Positions 56,155 through 64,000 of a stretch of DNA of 64,000 nt are shown here, piece by piece (position 1 is the stretch's first letter; each line of letters begins with the position of its first letter). The stretch comes from Octopus vulgaris. Taxonomy: Eukaryota. The translations under genes and the position numbers were made by a program. A model generated the notes under the pieces. The model ran no database searches and had not been told where the DNA came from. It worked only from the letters and a program-made list of their open reading frames with translations. The stretch lies in assembly GCA_951406725.2 (NCBI GenBank), contig OX597823.1:88598001-88662000 (forward strand), written 5' to 3'.

Positions 56155-56710
56155 GGCAATATTAAATCGCTGAGTAAGAAGTAAACAATAGCAGTAAGGA
56201 ATCGTAAAATATAATTACCAAGTAAATGTAGCAGTCCCATAGAGGACGATGCTACTGTTGTTTGTAGCCCCAGGAAGACATCTCCTCCAGCTGGCTAACG
56301 ACACATTGTCTGTGTCCATCCTCTATGGGACCTCCACATTTAGTTGGCAATTATATTTTACGATTCCTTACTGCTACAGTTTACTTCTCGCTCGGAGATT
56401 TAATATTGCTTATTTCTCCCTTTGCGAGATCAGCGACAGTTTGTCACTGGACAAATCATATAGTACTTTGCGTGTGGAATGAGTTTTCAGCACTAGCTCG
56501 TAATTATCACACACTGATGACGGGTTACTACCAGAAACCCGGGTCTGTGTGTATCACGTAAGACTACAGATGGGAACGATGTTTTCCCCTCCCAAATACT
56601 AATGGAACACAAACAGTGTGTGGTTAACCAGCTGAAGGAGATGTCCTCCTGGGGCTAAAAACAACAGTAGGATCGTTCTCAACATTTAGATGGCAATTAT
56701 ATTTTACGAT
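56155..56710 (+). mobile_element. Hammerhead-bearing non-coding element (non-LTR retrozyme or Penelope pLTR-like): ~360-bp unit, partial tandem, with inverted 5' copy
   Basis: Forward 56320-56710 reads Y-Z(hammerhead)-X-Y'(partial); ACATTTAG.TGGCAATTATATTTTACGAT recurs at about 56336 and 56682. 56155-56319 is an inverted X+Y copy. Both sides are flanked by CA/TA microsatellites. Confidence 0.75.
56508..56551 (+). ncRNA. Minimal type I hammerhead ribozyme motif (canonical core, GUC site)
   Basis: CACACA CUGAUGA C G-GGU-UACU-ACC-A GAAA CCCGGG U C UGUGUG. 6-bp helix I, CUGAUGA at 56514-56520, GAAA at 56534-56537, palindromic ACCCGGGU helix III, predicted cleavage after C56545. The 10.1-11.1 pair is a G-A mismatch. 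Confidence 0.75.
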
Positions 56711-57180
56711 ATACATATATACACACACACACACGCACACACACATACACACACACACAAGCACACACACACACATATGTATATATTAGAAAAAGTGTGG
56801 AATCTTTGGTACAGTTAGGTATATTTGGAAAAGAAAATCTGACTTCCCTTGTAGTTCTAATCAATTTAATTTCCTAATAATATAATTTTACACATAAAGA
56901 ATCTTGCAAACCAAATCCAAAAACGAAATATAATTTTACAGTTTGGTTTTTAGAATTAGTACGTACGTTTTTTAAAAGATTCCTCGTTAACATTTCTGGA
57001 GAATTGCCCTCCTGCTGATTCCATTTGAGTAGTTGACTTCTGGTGAAAAGTATAATTGTCAGATGTTTTTACAAATTCTCTTAATTTCATAAAGAGAAGC
57101 TTCGGTAATATACTATGTTAAAGATGAGTTTAAGTGTGTGACTGGGCGGGGTGTTTTGAGCTGCAAGATACGTGTATTTT

Positions 57181-57600
57181 AAGGCGGAGAGCTGGCAGAA
57201 ACGTTAGCAAGCCGGACGAACTTCTTAGCAGTATTTCATCTGCCGCTACGTTCTGTGTTCAAATTCCTCCGAGGTTGACTTTGCCTTTCATCCTTTCGGG
57301 GTCGATTAAATAAGTATCAGTCACGCACTGGGGTTGATGTAATCGACTTAATGCGTTTGTCTATCCTTGATTGTCCTCTCTGTGTTTAGCCCCTTGTGGG
57401 TAGTAAAGAAATAGGTATTTCGTTTGCATTTACGTTCTGAGTTCAAATTCCGCCGAGTTTGACTTTGCCTTTCATCCTTTCAGGGTCGATAATTTAAGTA
57501 CCAGTTACGCACTGGGGTCGATGTAATCGACTTAATCCCTTTGTCTGTCCTTGTTTGTCCCTTCTATGTTTAGCCCCTTGTGGGCAATAAAAAAATAAGA
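57181..57600 (+). mobile_element. SINE family B, young copy with duplicated body
   Basis: AAGGCGGAGAGCTGGCAGAAACGTTAGCA..; body duplicated, with the same junction TTTAGCCCCTTGTG.GTAGTAAAGAAATAGGTATTTCGT as 30851-31250. Confidence 0.9.
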
Positions 57601-58974
57601 TATGTGTCTTTTGATCAAAAAGGGATGATACCAGAGAGAACAAAATATAAGGTTACTTTTGGAATGTTTGTTGATAGAAATGTTCAAATGGAACCACCAG
57701 GAGGGCACTTCATAAAAGACTCCTTAAAAACCTCACCGCCACCCAACTTCCCCTTCAATTAATTATCTTGTTTTTACCATTCACTATTCGCTTTCAGCTG
57801 TTGTTCATCAACACTCCTTCACTCCCACAGTTATTAACAAATCGCAACCCCACCTCAGACGCACCCAAATCTCTTATATGTAGAATCACACTGTACAAGA
57901 AAACATGAGATCAGTTTGACAAGCAAGAAAGTTCTCCAGAAAGGTTTCCATGGAAACTTTAAAACATCTCCCTACCGAAGTTAACAAAGAACTTACTAGT
58001 TCTAAAAATCATATTATTAGGAAATTAAATTAAGTAGAACTACCAGTGAAGTAATTTTTTTCCTTTTTCAAGGAAAATTTATGCAAATTAGCTGATATAT
58101 ACCACACTTAAAAATAAGTATTGGCGATGATTTTCTCGATTAAAGCCTCTGTCCAATGACTGAAACAAGTAAAAGATAGAAGATGTACATGTGTGTGTTT
58201 GTGTGTGTGTGTGTTTTCGCACGCGCGTGTTGCCATAACTATAATTTCTTTTTACATTTTTCCTTCCGTCATAAAAATTTATTAACATGTGAGGACACTA
58301 CTAGTAATAAAACTCATAGATTCTTGCAGCCATACAACTTCCATATAAAGCATAGTGGTTTGCAGCAAATTGGGAATTTATTAAAATTATGAGTTACTCT
58401 TCGTTGTATAAATATATTCGGCTTTTGCGATTGATAAGTGTTACATTTCAAACGAATGGAATCTCTTTGCGTGTGCAATTCCAATTTCGGCTTCTGATCA
58501 TTTTGAGATCGGGGAAATCGACTAGTTTACTTATAAGGAAATCGGTAACATCAGACACTTTATTATACTCGTTGCATAATCTAAGTACATTACGATCAAT
58601 AAAAAATATTCTATTTTAATAACCGCCTATAGAGACTTACATTTTCAGTGACCATTTAACATGTATATATATATATATACATTGAAAATATTATATAGTC
58701 ATAATATATAGTCTGAATATAAAATATAACATAAAATATTAGAATATTGAGATTCATTCCAATATAAATGGTTTATCTTTTATAAATTTCGTTTATTACT
58801 TATTAGATCAGAAGGATGCTGGATATCATTTTGTGAGTATTAGACGTTAACCATAAAATGGTGACTTGCCTAGGTTAAAATCTCCATGTGGCAAATTCAC
58901 CACAAAATATTAGAACAAAAATTAGATACGTGATAACAGCGTGGACGACATAAGTTAACCATTTAGCGACACAC

Positions 58975-59225
58975 AGAAATAGTTAACTTCACTTAAACAT
59001 TTATTTCGTCGCTTGAAACTGCAATATAACTTCACCAACAAAAGATTTTGAAGCAGCATTTTTTTTTGTCAGGGATCAGATCTGACACCATATTAATCTT
59101 GACACTATATTAATTTCAAATTTTGGCCAAATTGTGACATGATATAACAAATTTTTAAGCTAAGTTGACTGTATCTGCATGTTTCCGAATGTCTTCCACG
59201 GTGCAATCGCTTTAGATTCAGCCCA
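58975..59225. repeat. Highly decayed relative of the 39210-39635 family
   Basis: ATTTCGTCGCTTGAAACTGC, TTTTGTCAGGGATCAGATC (cf. TTTTGTCAGTGAACAGGTC) and CTTCCACGGTGCAAT resemble family blocks. Confidence 0.4.
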
Positions 59226-60530
59226 CCATCTTTGAGCAAAAGTCTTGCCAAGCAAGTATTTTTTCTGTAACTTACAAATGATTTCTCGATAAGTCTTGAA
59301 GAAACTAAATCTCAATTATACCCACAGATTATTCTCATAATATAGTGTCGGGTTTTTCAACAAGGCCCTTTGCTCTCTAAATGCTTGGTCAGTTTACAGT
59401 AAAAATACGTTAGAAAAAGCATTTCTGAGTGATATGCACCATTTTATGCTCATAGTGTTGTACCAGATTTTTCGACACTCCCGTTGCTACCACAATGTTC
59501 ATTTTGCTTTGCTGTAAAAATAACTGCTGGTATTCTCAAAATGACACTGTAAGCAGAGACTATTCAATAAAAATAGCCATTTTTCTTATATTTCGAGGGT
59601 TAAGAAATATTTTAAAACAATCACTTTTAAATGGACCCAGAGACATTAAGTCAATATCAATTTTGATGATGACACTACAACATCATATGACAAATACAAT
59701 TATTGTCCACGTTTTCGTCTGCAAAATAGAATAACTTTTGAAAAATTATAAAAAAGATGAACTGACATTATAGTATAAATGATTGAAAAATACGGGAAGT
59801 GACAACTATTGATTATTTTTATCGATTTCCAAATTCGTTCTAAAATAACACGTGAATTAAATTACTACAACACACACAAAAGAATATCTATCTTGTGAAT
59901 GAAATTAGCAAGAATGAAACAATAGCAATTACGGAATTTGTTTTTACGATTTAAACAAAACAAGATACACGTATAGATATATATATATACGTATACCAGT
60001 TCATCTGTTCATCTCTTATGTAACATAATAGCAAACATAAGTGTGAGGTTACAAAGTACGCTTCATAACCACGTGATTTGGGGTTCAGGCCAATAATGCG
60101 ATTACAGAGGGCAAGGGTTTGAATTCATCTAAGGCTTAAGTTACAAGTCTGGCTTAAGGGGGCACAGCTTGGTACAGGTTTATATTAGTGAAGACAACGA
60201 TATACACACACGTTTACTCTCTTATACATACTCACGCACACCCATGTAGATGCACAAATGCATAAAATTAAATTCTAACTTTGCTTTGTTTAAATAACAA
60301 TTGTATGAATGACTCTTCGAGAGAGAAGGAAGTAAAGACAATTGTCCTCTGATGAATGCACAGCATTTCCTGAAGTGTGTTGGCTCAATATTTATTAGCA
60401 ATCTGTGTGTTTTGTGAATGATTATGGTGATGTGTGTCTGTGAGTGCATGTTTAGTGTTTCACAGAGATCTCTAGTTTAACTAATTTAGGTTTATAAATA
60501 TCATATACATACATGCAAAGCTATAGATAA

Positions 60531-60566
<36 letters not shown>

Positions 60567-61557
60567 GTGGATGTATCATACTGAGACGGGCTGCTCCAAA
60601 ATGTTTTCAGCTTGACTAAGAAACATCTACACAGATCCATCGTTATTTGCTACGTTACTAAGTATTATTTATGTTGGGTTCAGCTCAAAAACCTTCGAAA
60701 AGCTCTCTTACGCATGCGTGTGTGTGTCTATGTCTGTATGTGTACACGACTAGTTTCCGCCTAACAAAGTCCAATCACAACACATTAGTTATCGCACTTC
60801 TGCAACGTGAGATAATTTGCAGAATGTGCTATGCACTTAATTCGAACTTGAAATCTGATAATTGCTAAACGGAGTTCTTACGCACGTGGCTAAGTCTGTG
60901 CACGTGCTCTTCCTTTAATTTTATTTGTTTATCTGTACAAAGAATTGAATGTAGCTAAAATTTTCGCTTCACCGAAAATAATTAAAAGCCAATAACAATT
61001 TTCTTGCGTGTAATTATATATTGCAAAACAAATTAGTCTGAGAGATATGAAATTCCTTCCGTGATGTCTGTGTCAGTCTGCTTGCCGGCATATTTTTCCC
61101 AATATACGTGGTTTGTGTGCTGTTTTCTTGTTCAGTTTACTCATAGTTTTTGGCACAATTATTTCACAACTCGTTTACTTCCTGAGAAAATTTGTTTTCA
61201 AAATGGATTTTTAATACGGAAATATTCATCATGGCGTACGAGACTTTGATATAACAGGTAAAAGGAATCTTTCAGCAATCAGCTACAGAAATAATCATAA
61301 GAAGGATCAGTTACGTCAACCGTACCTTACGGATGGTGAACAATATATTTCATCGTGTTATTGGTACCTAAATGTTGAGGGTTGTGGATAGAAGATTCCT
61401 TGCTTGGCTGACCCAAACACTTCGTCGTAACTATTTACAAGTTGAATCAGAATTCATCAAGTTGATAAATAAAAACCATTTAATTATTGCAGTCGGTTTA
61501 GTAGACTGTGTTTAATGTACTGTATAAAACTTACAATTAATAATTAATTCCCATTTT

Positions 61558-61752
61558 AAGGTGGCAAGCTGGCAGAACCGTTAACAGCATTTCATCCTTC
61601 TTTAGTGCTGAGTTCAAATGCCGCAGAGGTCGACTTTGATTTTCATCCTATCAGGATCGATAAAGTGAGCACCATTTGAGCACTGGGGTTGATGTAATCA
61701 ACTTACCTCCCAGACCCGGAAATTCCTGGTTTACAACCAAAGTTTGAAATCA
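61558..61752 (+). mobile_element. SINE family B copy
   Basis: AAGGTGGCAAGCTGGCAGAACCGTTA..TGAGTTCAAATGCCGCAGAGGTCGACTTTGATTTTCATCC..CACTGGGGTTGATGTAATC. Confidence 0.85.
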
Positions 61753-62584
61753 TTGATTAATTTCCATTTTATTCAGGCTCAAACAACTGGTCGAAAAGTA
61801 AACACAGTAAATTCATCCAACCCATTGCAATACTCAAAATATAATTTTGAGAGAAAACAATGCTTTTTTTTTTTCATAAAAGTAAATGAACCGAGTTTGT
61901 GAGAACAGTTGAGTTTATTTCAGATATTCTCATTTCAAAAATCATCTCTGGCTAATCATTGGTTTTGCCTTGGCGGAGGTTTCCGCTCTCTTAGAGCTCT
62001 TGTTTTATACTATTTTAATATTATCTTGTATTACTTTATTCCAATTGAACCAGTGACAATTCCACCAAAACAGTACCTCAGTTTTTATGATTTCCTCTAA
62101 ATGTAATTATCTTGTTTCTCCGGTAATATTCAATATTTTATTCTCGCACCTCTCAGTCTTCATTAATCCCTATTTTTGTTTTCCTTAATCTACATTTTGA
62201 TTAGCACTTTTTTTTTATTTTCTCCATCCCTCTAATTCAGCACCTCTGCCAATTTAATTTTTATCTTATTTTCATTTTTTTACCGTTCATTCATTACTTC
62301 TCGTACTTCATCATCTGCTCTGCCAAACCCTGTTATTCAAACACCTGTTCCTTTCCTTTTTGTTTCTTTTTCGTTTATTTTTATATATATTCTTTCCTAT
62401 TCTTCCTTTTCACCTTTTGTTTCTCTTGCTCTCCCTCCTCGTCCTTCCCTCCGCCTTTTCTTCATTTTCTTCCTTTTACTCTCCTTTAATTTTATTTTCA
62501 TTTCCTTTCTACTATAATCCTTCCGTTTCCTCTTTTTCCTTTTTCATCTCCCTTTCTTCCTTCGTAATAAAATTTGCCCTAATA

Positions 62585-62800
62585 TGAGACTGTATACGGT
62601 TTCTTCACCTGCTAGAAATGTAAACCAAATCTCCCTCAAATTACATATAGCCTTCTTTAAAAATGAAACTCAGTACATTCTGTCGGGCTAGATTCACTTC
62701 ATCTGGAAATAAATGGTAGTGATAGTCACAAGTGGAATGCCGTTTGTCATAAGCTTTCACCATTAGAGCAAGCTTGAGGATAAACATCAACAACAGCAAA
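62585..62800 (+). repeat. Old dispersed repeat; relatives near 9510-9680, 17000-17055, 17860-18290, 22480-22600 (minus) and 55590-55660
   Basis: Shared block GCTAGAAAT(AGCAGC/GTAAAC)CAAATCTCCCTCAAAT..GGTCAC(A/G)..TGGAA(T/C)GCC seen in several diverged copies. Confidence 0.55.
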
Positions 62801-63515
62801 CTATAAAATATTTCATACAATCAATTCTAATTCTGTTGAACCTGTGTCAGTTTTTCTTTATTTGTTTATTCATTCTTTGTCCAATTTGACTAATTGATAT
62901 AATTCTAAAGTAATTACAATTTGTTTAACGACGTCTGATTACTGAAATAAAATTTGGTGTTGCTGAATTCCGGAGAAAATTAGCGAAATCCAAATTATAA
63001 ATTATATAGTATGGCACTAAGTGACACGTTTAAAGGAAAATAAATAATAGTTGTCAAAAGATATTTCGTTGCAATAGAGACATAATATAGTGTTGTGTGT
63101 TTATTGCGTCGGTGAGACAGTTTGGTGTACTAAAAATGAAGAGAGTTTCGATAACGAAGTTAACCTATATTTTCTGAATGTAGAATACCAAATTTGAGAA
63201 GACGATACGGTTTCGAAATAATTGTTTAGAATATTTTTAATTTTTAGCTTCTACAATCTGAAATGAAATATTCCACGATTATTTTGGCTCGATATAATAG
63301 GAACAAAATGTATGTATCAGATTTAATTCTACCAATTATACTAACATAAATAAGCAATAATATATTTTTTTTACCCATACGACTAGAATCGTGATAATTA
63401 TATAATTCGAAGAAAACGCAACTGTTTACAATAGAGCATTCAGTACATTTCTATGGAGCCGAACAAAAGATATAATAATGAGAACATTCTTCAATATTGG
63501 CAAAGAAGCGCTATT

Positions 63516-63519
63516 ATAG

Positions 63520-63552
<33 letters not shown>

Positions 63553-63644
63553 CAGGAAGATAGAGAGAGAGAGAGAAAGAGAGATAGGTCGGTAAGTAGG
63601 TAGATAGATAGATAGATACATATATAGCTAGCTAGCTAGCTAGC

Positions 63645-63710
<66 letters not shown>

Positions 63711-63722
63711 TACATACAGACT

Positions 63723-63774
<52 letters not shown>

Positions 63775-63786
63775 TACATACAGACT

Positions 63787-63854
<68 letters not shown>

Positions 63855-63870
63855 TACATTCATACAGACT

Positions 63871-63939
<69 letters not shown>

Positions 63940-64000
63940 GTAGGTAGGTAGGTAGGTAGGTAGGTAGGTAGGTAGGTAGGTAGGTAGGTAGGTAGGTAGA
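63516..64000. repeat. (GATA)n array with three TACAT.CATACAGACT-type interruptions, ending in (GGTA)n
   Basis: Read directly from sequence. Confidence 0.95.

Noticed and set aside
56628-56675. Second hammerhead in block X of the 56-kb element (CTGAAGGA..AAAC..GTA)
   Set aside because: Both copies lack GAAA (TAAAAAC and TACAAAC) and helix I does not form.

Overview
AT-rich eukaryotic (animal) non-coding DNA, most likely intronic or intergenic. The SINE families resemble those I recall from Octopus genomes (inference, no search run). No intact, identifiable host gene is visible, and nearly all ORFs in the track are microsatellite artefacts ([16 protein letters not shown]). The window holds very dense (TA)n/(CA)n/(TACA)n/(GATA)n tracts, about 25 copies or fragments of three tRNA-derived SINE families, one near-full-length dead mariner transposon (46029-47290), two more Tc1/mariner remnants, a mariner-type MITE, and a decayed Penelope-like reverse transcriptase (33490-34450). 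The most interesting signal is a set of short repeats carrying minimal type I hammerhead ribozyme motifs with palindromic helix III. One near-canonical motif (56508-56551) lies in a ~360-bp partial-tandem unit with an inverted 5' copy, which is retrozyme-like. Other families show the core 3-8 base pair as G-C (39475-39525) or U-A (45803-45896), or a U4C core (5310-5344, 27757-27791). Several long inverted repeats could form dsRNA. A few splice-bounded unique segments may be exons, but this is unproven.
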